A stretch of 58,847 nucleotides of DNA from IMG/VR virus record IMGVR_UViG_3300009124_000013, positions 1 through 58,847 of that record, one strand, 5' to 3'. How positions within the stretch are numbered: the first letter of the stretch is position 1; each line of letters opens with the position of its first letter. This document shows, in pieces, positions 34,290-45,100 of this stretch. Below the pieces are notes generated by a model. That model ran no database searches. It saw nothing but the letters and a program-made list of their open reading frames with translations, and was not told the origin of the DNA. The DNA is from a virus. Taxonomy: Duplodnaviria > Caudoviricetes. A program made the position numbers and the translations under genes.

Positions 34290-37200
34290 ATGGCATTAAC
34301 AAGAATTACATCAAGTGTCATTCGTGATGCAAGTATTACTGAAACCAAATTTGACACACAATATTTGAATGCTACTGGTTCTCCTGATACTGGTCAGCAG
34401 TCCATTACATTAGAATCGAACTTTAGCATTAGGGTTGGTCAAGGCAGTTCATATTTTAGTGCTGCTGGTAATACAGTTACGTTGACTGCTCCCTCGGCAA
34501 CTGATACTATTTTAGATGTTGCTGCAGGTAACATTGTATTAAGTGATGGTAATATTACACTCTCTGATGCAGGAACTAGGGTAAACACTCCAAGGCTTCA
34601 AGTTGCTCTTGGTAGTGAAAGTGCTCCATCAATTTATTTTGGAGATTCTACATCAACAGGTTTCTACAGCACTTCAACACCATTAGGAATTAATCTTTCT
34701 GTTGGTGGTGCTGATCAGATTAGATTCTCTCCAACTGAGGGAATCATTTACTATAATAGATTACTTAAGATTGTTGATTCTGCAGACACTGCTGTTACTG
34801 CATTAAGTATTGAAACTGCTGATGATTCTGTTGTATTGGGTGGATCTTCGCCATTTGCAAAAGTTAAAGTCAACAACGATGTTGCAATTACTGTAAGATC
34901 TGAAGATACGAATGGTGATCCTTATACCTCTGATGACACCAGAGTTGGTATTAACGAGAGTAATCCTCAAGCAACTCTGGATGTAAATGGAAGTATCAGG
35001 GCAGATTCTTACCAAAACATTACTGCTTCTGACTTACCTGTTATTCCTGTAAGTTCTGGTGGTACTGGATTCTCGGCACTTGGTAATCCAGAACAATTAC
35101 TTAGAGTTAATGCTGCTGGGACTGCACTTGAGTTCTTTACTCAGAACACAGGTGACGTTAACAACGTCGCATCTTTCGGTGTATCTGGAGATGATACCAT
35201 CTATAAGGCAACTGCTAGAGGAACAAGCAGCGGTGGTAATTTAACTCTGACATTTGCTAATTATACCGACGATGCAAGTAATACGGTAACTCAAGTGGTA
35301 AACACTTGGGGAACTGGTCAAACAATTAAGATCTTTGGTGTAAACACAAAAGATATTACAGAGTATGATTCTAGTAATACTACTTCATCTTCTATCTTTA
35401 ATACCTGGAAGTCACAAATTGATAACAGCTCTCAGGTAACAACTGCTGCAGGAAACAGTGGTAGTCCAGGAGTATCTTACACGTATTATGCTAGATTACT
35501 TAATGTCAACACTGGAGTAATCTCATCATTCCATAAGTTAAACCACGTTGGTTATGGTGCTGAAACGGGTATTGTCAAGAACTACCCTCTGAGTACATTT
35601 AATGAGCAGAGATTTAACTCAGTTGTTGTATTCAGACCAGATGCTAACCATGCAGTTTTAATTTATAGATTCCATAATGATATTAATGCAATTGTTAGTG
35701 ACAGTGATGGAAATGCATTGACACCATCTGTTCATAATGCTAGATTGAATCTCATTGCTATCCTTGGTCAAAGAGATATTGGATCTGCTATCAACCTGGG
35801 TCCAATTACATTTAAAGATTATGGTGCATTTGATAGAACTACATGGTCTGATAGAAATACTGATGGAACCTACAATCAAGATAAGGTAGGAATCATCAAT
35901 GTTCCATGCCAAGTCATTCCCACCAATGTTCCAACTGCAAAGGCAATTCCAGGATGGGTTGAGAGATCTGTTACTGCTGTTGACTATGATAATAAGACCG
36001 TCACTGTAAGTAATAGCACTAATAGTGCATATGATGAGAGTGATCTTACAAATACTACTAACATTGTTACCACAAATATTCAAGCAGTTCATGATGATAC
36101 TGCTGCACTTCAAACAGTAATTAACGATGTTCTTGACAAAGGACTTCAGTCACTTTTCCTTACTGGTGGAACATACCTTGTTAAGAATGTCGTAGTTCCA
36201 CCCAACTTCTCTCTGGGGGGATCAGGAAAAGCAACTGTTTTGAAGAAACAGTATTTTGATACTTCTTGGCAGAGAGTATCAAATGGTGAACTTGGTAGAT
36301 TGTACTCTGTTCTCTATATGAGAAATCCTGTTACTGCTGCAGGTGCTGCATCTAATACAACATCCCAACCAATTGCTAATGTGACAGTTAGAGATTTGGT
36401 TGTTGATGGAAACTATAATGCTAATATTAGATTGGGTAACCTTTCTTCACCTGAAGGAAACGCACTAGTTTATGCTACTGGAGTTCAAAATTGCTCAATT
36501 TCTAGCGTAGACATCAAACATTCTATTGGTGACGGAATCTTTGCTACAGGTGCTGAAAGATTATCACTTCAGAACTGCTTTGTTTCTGATAACTCTTCTA
36601 CCTATTTGACATTTGATAATCCTTTAAATGCAACTGGTGCTTCTGTGTTGAAGGTTTCTGACTGTGCATTTATTAATAATCCAGGACCTGCTGATATTAC
36701 TACTTCGGAAGTTGTAGCATTCAACTCTTGTATCATTAGAAACTCTGGAACTGGACTTAGAATCTATGGTACGAGAAGTGCTAATACTGAGAATAATCTT
36801 ATTCTTGGTCCAGATGATGAATGGATTCCAACCACAGACACTTATGATAGTGATTTCAATAGTGTCAATATTATTTGTAATAAGACCACTGGTACAGGAA
36901 CTAACGGAAACATTAATGTTACCTATACTGAAGAGAATGTTGCAAAAGATCTTACCTCAGCAACATTCACTTCTATTGTTAAGACAGTAACAGTAGATGT
37001 AAATGGAAATGAAACTCTATCTTCAAGCAACCTGACTTATAATCAGGGTGGAACTGTTAGATCTGTCCTTGAAGTTGGTGCTCAAGATTTGTTAAATGGT
37101 ATCTTTACTATTCAAATCCCATCAGCAGCAGTAGGTTCAATTCCATACAGAACTGTTCAAGGAACTGTAGGAATTAACTACAACTATATTGTTTACTATG

Positions 37201-37574
37201 TAAATGCTACTGAAGAAGTTCCAGTTGGTGGACCAGATGATTACAACATCACTGGAGTATTCAACTGGGATTCTACAAATTATATTTACAGCATCAAGAT
37301 CACAGATGAAACTGTGTCTGAGTTTACGATTGGTGACATCGTAACACTACAAGAGCATAATCCATCTAATGGATATAGCTTACCTACTGAAATGACTGTT
37401 AATAATATTAGATTTGTTAATCAGTCCTGGGTATTAGATCTTACTAAAGATGACTTTGCGACATTCAATACTCAGCAAAATAATGGCAGTATCACAATTG
37501 ACCCTGCTGCCGAAGGATATATAAAGAAGAAGCGTACAATTACCATCGTTAAAGGTATCATCGGAGTCGTTTAA
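34290..37574 (+). CDS. tail fibre/tailspike with pectate-lyase-like beta-helix
   Basis: MALTRI start, GINxxxPxAxLDVNG fibre motif, DDTAALQ..GTYLV..G.G..TVL followed by beta-helix rungs. Confidence 0.75.
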   Translation: MALTRITSSVIRDASITETKFDTQYLNATGSPDTGQQSITLESNFSIRVGQGSSYFSAAGNTVTLTAPSATDTILDVAAGNIVLSDGNITLSDAGTRVNTPRLQVALGSESAPSIYFGDSTSTGFYSTSTPLGINLSVGGADQIRFSPTEGIIYYNRLLKIVDSADTAVTALSIETADDSVVLGGSSPFAKVKVNNDVAITVRSEDTNGDPYTSDDTRVGINESNPQATLDVNGSIRADSYQNITASDLPVIPVSSGGTGFSALGNPEQLLRVNAAGTALEFFTQNTGDVNNVASFGVSGDDTIYKATARGTSSGGNLTLTFANYTDDASNTVTQVVNTWGTGQTIKIFGVNTKDITEYDSSNTTSSSIFNTWKSQIDNSSQVTTAAGNSGSPGVSYTYYARLLNVNTGVISSFHKLNHVGYGAETGIVKNYPLSTFNEQRFNSVVVFRPDANHAVLIYRFHNDINAIVSDSDGNALTPSVHNARLNLIAILGQRDIGSAINLGPITFKDYGAFDRTTWSDRNTDGTYNQDKVGIINVPCQVIPTNVPTAKAIPGWVERSVTAVDYDNKTVTVSNSTNSAYDESDLTNTTNIVTTNIQAVHDDTAALQTVINDVLDKGLQSLFLTGGTYLVKNVVVPPNFSLGGSGKATVLKKQYFDTSWQRVSNGELGRLYSVLYMRNPVTAAGAASNTTSQPIANVTVRDLVVDGNYNANIRLGNLSSPEGNALVYATGVQNCSISSVDIKHSIGDGIFATGAERLSLQNCFVSDNSSTYLTFDNPLNATGASVLKVSDCAFINNPGPADITTSEVVAFNSCIIRNSGTGLRIYGTRSANTENNLILGPDDEWIPTTDTYDSDFNSVNIICNKTTGTGTNGNINVTYTEENVAKDLTSATFTSIVKTVTVDVNGNETLSSSNLTYNQGGTVRSVLEVGAQDLLNGIFTIQIPSAAVGSIPYRTVQGTVGINYNYIVYYVNATEEVPVGGPDDYNITGVFNWDSTNYIYSIKITDETVSEFTIGDIVTLQEHNPSNGYSLPTEMTVNNIRFVNQSWVLDLTKDDFATFNTQQNNGSITIDPAAEGYIKKKRTITIVKGIIGVV

Positions 37575-40500
37575 TGGCAACTAACACTAATATTAACAAT
37601 AATTCTGCCGTCGTAGTTGTCGGTAGAACTGCTCCAGTCCCTACAGGACAGCAACCAGCATCATCCTCCATCCCTGTCGTTATTGCTAGCGACCAGGAAG
37701 CAATCCCAGTTGAGGAACAGAATAAACAGCAGTCGGAGGTTGCTCTTTCGCTGTTGGGCATTCCTAGATCTGAAGTTGCTCTTGGTATCTTTGCTGACGT
37801 TAACACCTATGATGTTAACCCTTCAGAATGGACAGCAGTTCCTACTCAAACAGTTACTATTGCTGGTGGAGAATCGGCAACTGATGAATATCAAGGTATT
37901 CCAGGCATTCAAGATTGGGGTCTTGGTCACGTTCCTGCAGAAGCGGGTGCTCTTGTTGAAGCTCCAGCAAACGAAACTGCTATTCTGACTTCGAAGAGAT
38001 TCTTTAGATACCAACCTGGTCGTGTTTCTGCTGGTACGTTTGGTGTTAAGTTTGGTCGTGCTCCTTATACTGTAGCAGCTGATGGTACTTCTAATTTTTA
38101 TCCTAATGGTGTAATTTCAGATAACGGCATTGCTTATAACCTTGCACCTCAGGACTATCAAGTTCTTAACCCATCTATCAAGAAGTATGGTGTATTTGAT
38201 AAATTTGATGGATATTACTATGAGAGTATTAACGAGGGATATGGTGATAACTTTGCTTGTGTAAGAAGAACCCAATCACTTATTAGACAGAAGAGTGAAT
38301 ATTATTTCTATAATCCAGATTCACCATCAAGTAATCCAAGACAGTTCGGTGTAACTCAGTTTGAAGATTATGGTAACATGGAAGTGCCAGGTGCATACTA
38401 TGATTATCATGGCGATGCAGTAATTCTTCGTGATGGTCTTGTTAATATTCATGCTGGTTTGTTTGATCAATCTCTGCTGAAAGAAAAGAGAGAGATCTAT
38501 GTTTCTCAAACTGCAGGAAACGGAACTGCAGGAACTGAAGATGATGAGTTGCTTTTAGATCCATATGAAAAGCATATTAAAGATTTCAGTTACAATAATA
38601 CTACTGGTGTTTGTACAGTAGTTACTACGAGTGACCATGGATTCAAAGATGGTGATAGCGTAACACTTAAGGATATTCTTCTTACCTGTAATACTGGTGC
38701 TAAACTGTACCCTAATAAGTATGCTCAAACGTTATTTACAGTAAATAGTGTTCCTTCATCTACGCAAATTAAAGTATTCATTGGTAAATCATTCTACGAA
38801 CAGCAAGGATACAATAACTTTGAAGGATTTGAAGTATCAGTCAGATATAATACTAACACTGGTACTGTAAAGGAAATTACAGCAGAGAATGCTGGAGCAT
38901 CATATAACATTGATAACTGGGTCTATGATGGTGTTGGTGGAGTTGCTACGATTACACTTACTGCTGATCATGAATTATATGAGGGTGATAGAGTTAAACT
39001 TGCAAGCGTTGGTCTCAATGGTGGTCTTACATTCCCAGTCAATAATGTTGATCCAAAGCACTTCTATGTTAGAAGAAGAGTAGATGATAGAACGATTGAA
39101 GTTGGTGTTGGTAAGCAAGCAGTTTCTGGTATTGATCCCGCTACGAATACTTACAATACTGGGGGTACAGTACAGTTTGTAAATCCAACTATTCCTACAT
39201 CATCAACAACTATCTCTAACTTTGTATATGAAGTAGATAGAAACGATGCTGATTTCGGTTATGCTATCATCACAACTAGTGCTGCTCATGGTCTCAATAC
39301 TGGTGATACAATTGAACTGAACGGTATTGAAACAAACTGTAAGTATACTCCACAACCTAAGATCTACCCTGCAAAGGATGATGAAGATACTTATCCAATT
39401 GAGAATGTAACAAGTAATAGTTTCCAGTTCACTCTGAAAACTTCTACTATTGTTCACACTCACACTCAGTTTACTGGTAGAGTAACAAGTTTAGGTCTCA
39501 GACCTGGCAGTGGTGTTTATCTCTATAAAAACAAACAACAAAGTGCAACTACAACACAGAATAATGTAGGTGTAGGAACCAATACTTCAAACTCTGTTGT
39601 TGATGGTGGAATTTATTATGTTGATTCTATTAAAGGATATAGAGCAAAGTTAACTAAGGCACCATCAAATGGAGAAAGCAATGCATTTACCTTAGGTAGT
39701 GCGGGTATTTATAGTACTGCTCAGATCACTCCAATTAATTTGGGTACATCTCTTAGAGAATATAAGTTAACTCCAGTTCAAACCGCAGGTACTGGCGACG
39801 GCACAAATGGCGGCATTGTTTATAATCCTACAACAGGATTGATGACAATCAACTTCTCAAGTAACCACAATCTAGAAACTGGAGATTTGATTAAGATTGA
39901 TGATTACTCACTGGTCTTCACTTGTGGTCAGGATAGTCATGCCACTGAGCACGCATATCCAAGACCATACAATCCAAATCTTGACGGTACTCCTGATCCT
40001 AATGGTAATGCAACATCAAATACAAGAGCACCTGACCCCGTAAGTGGTAAGTGGATTCCTATCACGAAGGTAGATGACACTTCATTCACTGTTCAGGTTC
40101 TTGCAACAGTTCCTTCTACAGATACTAGCACTCATAGATTTGTTAGATCTGCTGATAACTGCATTGCATTCAAGAAATTTACTCCATATATTGTAACTCC
40201 AGCACCATTTATTCTTCCTAACACTGCTAACTTTGCTTATAGAGGCACTGTAAATAGCACTGATAAGAATAAGATTGAAACTCTTAATCCATATGGTGCA
40301 TTCCCATACAGATATAGTTATGGTGATGCAACCGCAGATAAGGTAGGATATATTACTACTAATCTCTCACTTACAAGTGCTGCAGCTGCAACCAGTTTGA
40401 GAAATGATATTGATGATGTCAATAATAAACTCTTGAAGGAGTGGGTATACAACCACGTTAAACCACAACACTGGGGTGTATACGAATACAGAGTTCCTAG

Positions 40501-42112
40501 ATCTAGATTCTCTGGTGAAAAGGTACATGGTCAAGACGAAAGTCCATATACTGATGTCCTTTACTCTGACGTTGTATATGCAAATGGTGCTCAGAACTTC
40601 CCAGGTCAACAAGTTAAGGATCCTGCAACTGCTGCTAACCTGACTGCATCATCAAATTGGAACTTGAATCCTGAGAACGTTACCATGTATAAGATTGAAT
40701 TCTCATGGTACGGTGCTGTTGGTGCTCTCTTCCTTGCATACGTTCCTCTGGACTCTGGTGAAGCACGTTGGGTACGTGTACACCACCTCAGAGCATCTAA
40801 CCAGTTGAAGGTTGCATCATTGGGTAACCCAACGCTACCTATCACATACTCTGTATATGGTGGTGGTACTCAGTTCTCTTATGGATATAAGAATGATAAG
40901 AGAACTGATAATACGATTGGGTATTCAAATTCATACTCTGAATTCCTTGTTAAGTATGGTGCTTCATACTACATCGACGGTGGTGACCGTGGTACAGTTC
41001 GCCTGTTTAACTATGCAACCCCACTTTCATCTGAAGTATATGGTTCTAGATTGAGATTTAATATTACTGCTGGAAATAACCGTGGAGATGGTGGAGATCT
41101 TAATGATCCATATCCATATTTGGATCTTACTGGTGCAACAAATACTAATGGTCCAACCATTACTGCTGCTGATTATGCATTCTACATGGGTGCCTCTGTA
41201 ATCACACCAAACAGAGATACTAATGTCAAGGTAGCATGGGTTGATGGTGCTAACGAAAGAATTTATCTGAGCAAACCAATTAGTGCTGCACAATCGGGTG
41301 ATTTCTTCTTGGTCCTTGATCGTCCTAACATTCTGGTTGGATTGAATTGTAGAGAAGCAGTTAATGGAGTTAGAAATAGAATTCAGGTATATCCTACTAG
41401 ATTGTCTATTGGTAACTCCAATCAACCTGCTACAATTAAACTGATCAAAACACCAGTATTCCAAACTAAGGATGCTATTAATGCTGCATCATTCAGCACA
41501 ACTTATGAGGTTGGTGATGCATTAACCATTGGTTCTATTGGTAGACCAACTGAATTAGTTGGTGCTAGAATTGATGCTGCAAGCAAACCATATCTTGAGA
41601 ACTTAACTTCAACCTATGGTTACTTTAGAGGATACTATGAAGGTGATAGTGGCAACATCATCACTATCTTTGGATTACTTCAAAGAAATGCTAGCGGTAC
41701 ATATCTGTTCAATTCTTACTTAAAGTATAGTCAGAACATCATTATCTTTGGTGACTTCTTAAGAGCAGGTGAGTTCAGAGAACCAAACCCTGCTGCAAAT
41801 GGCATTAATGCTGCAGGAGTTCCTGCACCTACAAGTGATCCTTTGACATCACTTTCTGCTATTGCAGTATCTGATGAGCAAAGAACACCAATTCCTGGAA
41901 CTGGTCAAGTTATTACAACTCTGTTCACTCCATCTAATAGTGGCGAACAATTCCCGTTACAGCAATTCTTTGACTACAACAAAGATTACCTTTCATTCCC
42001 ATTAACCGATGAGGTTGAAAGTTTGTATATTGTTGGTAGTGTAAATAGATTATATGACTCAGCAAACCCTGAGACGGAAATTAACGCTGCTATTACTTGG
42101 GAGGAACAGTAA
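37574..42112 (+). CDS. giant virion structural protein, paralogue A
   Basis: RYQPG / MYKIEF.WYGA.G / YIDGGD core with four HG..GD beta modules. Confidence 0.8.
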   Translation: MATNTNINNNSAVVVVGRTAPVPTGQQPASSSIPVVIASDQEAIPVEEQNKQQSEVALSLLGIPRSEVALGIFADVNTYDVNPSEWTAVPTQTVTIAGGESATDEYQGIPGIQDWGLGHVPAEAGALVEAPANETAILTSKRFFRYQPGRVSAGTFGVKFGRAPYTVAADGTSNFYPNGVISDNGIAYNLAPQDYQVLNPSIKKYGVFDKFDGYYYESINEGYGDNFACVRRTQSLIRQKSEYYFYNPDSPSSNPRQFGVTQFEDYGNMEVPGAYYDYHGDAVILRDGLVNIHAGLFDQSLLKEKREIYVSQTAGNGTAGTEDDELLLDPYEKHIKDFSYNNTTGVCTVVTTSDHGFKDGDSVTLKDILLTCNTGAKLYPNKYAQTLFTVNSVPSSTQIKVFIGKSFYEQQGYNNFEGFEVSVRYNTNTGTVKEITAENAGASYNIDNWVYDGVGGVATITLTADHELYEGDRVKLASVGLNGGLTFPVNNVDPKHFYVRRRVDDRTIEVGVGKQAVSGIDPATNTYNTGGTVQFVNPTIPTSSTTISNFVYEVDRNDADFGYAIITTSAAHGLNTGDTIELNGIETNCKYTPQPKIYPAKDDEDTYPIENVTSNSFQFTLKTSTIVHTHTQFTGRVTSLGLRPGSGVYLYKNKQQSATTTQNNVGVGTNTSNSVVDGGIYYVDSIKGYRAKLTKAPSNGESNAFTLGSAGIYSTAQITPINLGTSLREYKLTPVQTAGTGDGTNGGIVYNPTTGLMTINFSSNHNLETGDLIKIDDYSLVFTCGQDSHATEHAYPRPYNPNLDGTPDPNGNATSNTRAPDPVSGKWIPITKVDDTSFTVQVLATVPSTDTSTHRFVRSADNCIAFKKFTPYIVTPAPFILPNTANFAYRGTVNSTDKNKIETLNPYGAFPYRYSYGDATADKVGYITTNLSLTSAAAATSLRNDIDDVNNKLLKEWVYNHVKPQHWGVYEYRVPRSRFSGEKVHGQDESPYTDVLYSDVVYANGAQNFPGQQVKDPATAANLTASSNWNLNPENVTMYKIEFSWYGAVGALFLAYVPLDSGEARWVRVHHLRASNQLKVASLGNPTLPITYSVYGGGTQFSYGYKNDKRTDNTIGYSNSYSEFLVKYGASYYIDGGDRGTVRLFNYATPLSSEVYGSRLRFNITAGNNRGDGGDLNDPYPYLDLTGATNTNGPTITAADYAFYMGASVITPNRDTNVKVAWVDGANERIYLSKPISAAQSGDFFLVLDRPNILVGLNCREAVNGVRNRIQVYPTRLSIGNSNQPATIKLIKTPVFQTKDAINAASFSTTYEVGDALTIGSIGRPTELVGARIDAASKPYLENLTSTYGYFRGYYEGDSGNIITIFGLLQRNASGTYLFNSYLKYSQNIIIFGDFLRAGEFREPNPAANGINAAGVPAPTSDPLTSLSAIAVSDEQRTPIPGTGQVITTLFTPSNSGEQFPLQQFFDYNKDYLSFPLTDEVESLYIVGSVNRLYDSANPETEINAAITWEEQ

Positions 42113-42115
42113 TAA

Positions 42116-45100
42116 ATGACACTGGAAGTACCATCTTTCGATTCGTATTATTTACCGACTAATCCTAAAGACACTACAGTATTAGTCGGTAGTTCCTTTG
42201 ACACCAAGATTGGATATAATAAAAGAGCTGCTGCACAAACAGATCTTTATGTTATTCTTCAAGACATTGAAGGAACTCCCCTGACGGATGCTGATGGGGA
42301 AGATCTTGTTGCGGCAGTAACTGGATTCATCACCAGTGAATTAACATCAGAAAAGGCATTGGGAGTTAATCTTCCAACTATTCCTGAAGAAACACAAACA
42401 TTTTACTACAATGTGTTTGGTGATGCATTTGAAGTAAGAAAGAGGCAGGTTGGTGCTGCAGTGGGTGGGGGAGATATTCTCCCCTATGTTAAGATTACTA
42501 ATCCTTCCAACGCATTTAAGTATATTCGTGAGAAGAACACTATTGAGATTGCGACTGGAGATATAAAATATAGAATTGACGAAAATGGTCAAACTACCAC
42601 AGATACTATTGGATATGAATATGAAGAGTTTGTAATTTCGTCTACATCAGAATCTACAGATGCAAATGGTAATTTAGTTATTACTTATTTCTTAGGATCT
42701 GAACCATCTAATGATTCCTATGGTTCTAGTCCTGCTCGACCAGTGTCGATGATTAGAAATAAGGTCGAAAAGGTTAGAATCTCTACTTTAAAAGTTGAAG
42801 AGGTATTCCCATCTACATCAGAAGTTAGTACAACTCTGCTTGGTATTGATAGAGCAGAAACTCAGTTAGGATTATTCTCTAACGTATCTACATATGGATT
42901 TAATCCTGACGAATTTGTATATTATAATGATAATCCAAATCTTGGTCCAACGAGTTGGGTAACTCGGTTAACAGAAAGTGGTGAACGTCATTACTCTTCA
43001 CGAGTAGAAGAGGTTGGCAATGAAGGTGCATTAAGAATTTCATCATATCCTGTACCATACTCTTATCCTTGGCCACCATTGTCTCAATCATTTAATATTG
43101 AGGGTGATGATATTATTGGATTGTATAGTGAAGAGGGTTGGAGAAAGTGGCAGAATTGGTTAAGATTGGGTAAAAGTTTGTATGAATATTTTGCCACCCA
43201 AAGAGATGCACAGGGGGTAAGTAACAATCCCGATTCTCCAAGATATAAGTATAATCTTATATTATCTAGATTCTTGCCAGCGATTAATCAATGGGATGAT
43301 AATAATTTTTATGGTGGTCAGTTTTATGGCGATGACCTCGATAGGTATTATTTACAAATTTCTATCTGGACTGATACTTGGAGAAAGATCTCTGACGGTG
43401 AATTTAGAGAACCAGTTTTAGGTACAGTAATTAACTTAACGTGGTTAAAGAGTAATATTCCTATTCTTAGAGGTACTGGTACTGATCCTGTAGCAAGTGC
43501 AGGTTCATATGCATCTGGAACGGTAAACAATGGATCAGCTTCACCTGAAACGTATTTGAATCCATATCTGGAAACTTGGAAAAATGATACGTTTATTTCT
43601 GCAGCATCATCAGGTGGAGATCCAATTCTGTTAGATTTTGTGCCTGGATATGGTGCTTCGGGTAATACTTTTACTCTGTTGCAATCTAGACAGGCATTTA
43701 GATACCAACCTGGTCGTATCAGTGGATACACCTTTGGTACTAGAGCGACAATGACCAAAGATACTGCTAATAACTATGCAGAATGGGGTATCTTTAATGA
43801 CTTTGATGAATATGTATTCAGAAGAGAAGGTGCAAACTTCTTTATTGTAAGAAGATCTAATGTACACCTTCCATTATCATCTCTGCAGGAACTTGGAGTT
43901 GCTGATGTAGATGGTAACGTAGATGATGAACGTGTACAATACTATGATAAGACAATTGGTGGAACACTATACACTATTCAGGAGATCTCATTACCAAGAG
44001 AAAGATTTAATGGTGATAGTTTGAATGGTAATGGACCTAGTGGATATCTGTTGACCACAGATGAAATCACCATGTATAAGATTGAATTTGGTTGGTATGG
44101 TGCTATTGGTCTTAGATTATATGCATATGTACCAGTCGAGAATGGTAAAGCAAGATGGGTAGTTGTTCATACGTTTGTCATTGAGAACAAACTGTTAGAA
44201 CCATCGATGGGTGATCCATTCTACAGGTTCAAGTATGAAATGCGTGTTGGATCTCAGCAAGGACCTAGATTGAATGAACCACAAGTTCTGTACAAGTACG
44301 GTACTTCGATGTATATTGATGGTGGTGATGAAGGAACTGTAAGTGTATACTCTCAAGTATCTGATACCAAAACACTTCCATTTGCAGTTGGTGGTGGAAA
44401 CTATACCAGCATCTTTGGCATCTATCCTAAGAAAACTATTTCTAGTGGTGGCGTTGATGCTAATGGTCAAAATGTTTCGATTCCAAACAAGAAAATTATT
44501 GTTCCCAAGTTAGTATCCATTACTGCTACTGGTGTTGATTCACAAGAAACCAATGCAATGGCAGAACTAAACTTCACGAAATGTGTTGGATGTTCTGGAT
44601 CTGCATATCTGTATATGCCAGACATTGAATGTGGTGTTCATGGAGATGTTAGGAAGATCAAGAAGATTGATGATGCCACTGGAGATTCAAACTTCACACT
44701 TGCACCTATTACAAAAGAAGTATTAGCAGTTGAATTGCAGGGAACAAGATTAGTTATTCCAGATACAAATTATATCAGACAGGGTGATTACCTTACTGAT
44801 GACAATAATGTTGGTAATATTGTTCCTGGTCATATTAGAAATCTTTCATATAGAGGTGTGATTGGTAATATTACTGATGGTGGCACGGGGTATACTGTAA
44901 GTACTACTGTCGTTGATGTTCCATTAACTAATGTCTCTGGTAGTGGAACAGGACTGACTGCAACGATTACTACTGATGCTTCAGGAGTTGTTACTGAAAT
45001 TCTAACCTCACGTCTTGGTACTGGATATCAAGTTGGAGATGTATTATCATTTGATGGATCTTCTGTGGGCGGTGGATCTGGATTTGAATTTACTGTAACT

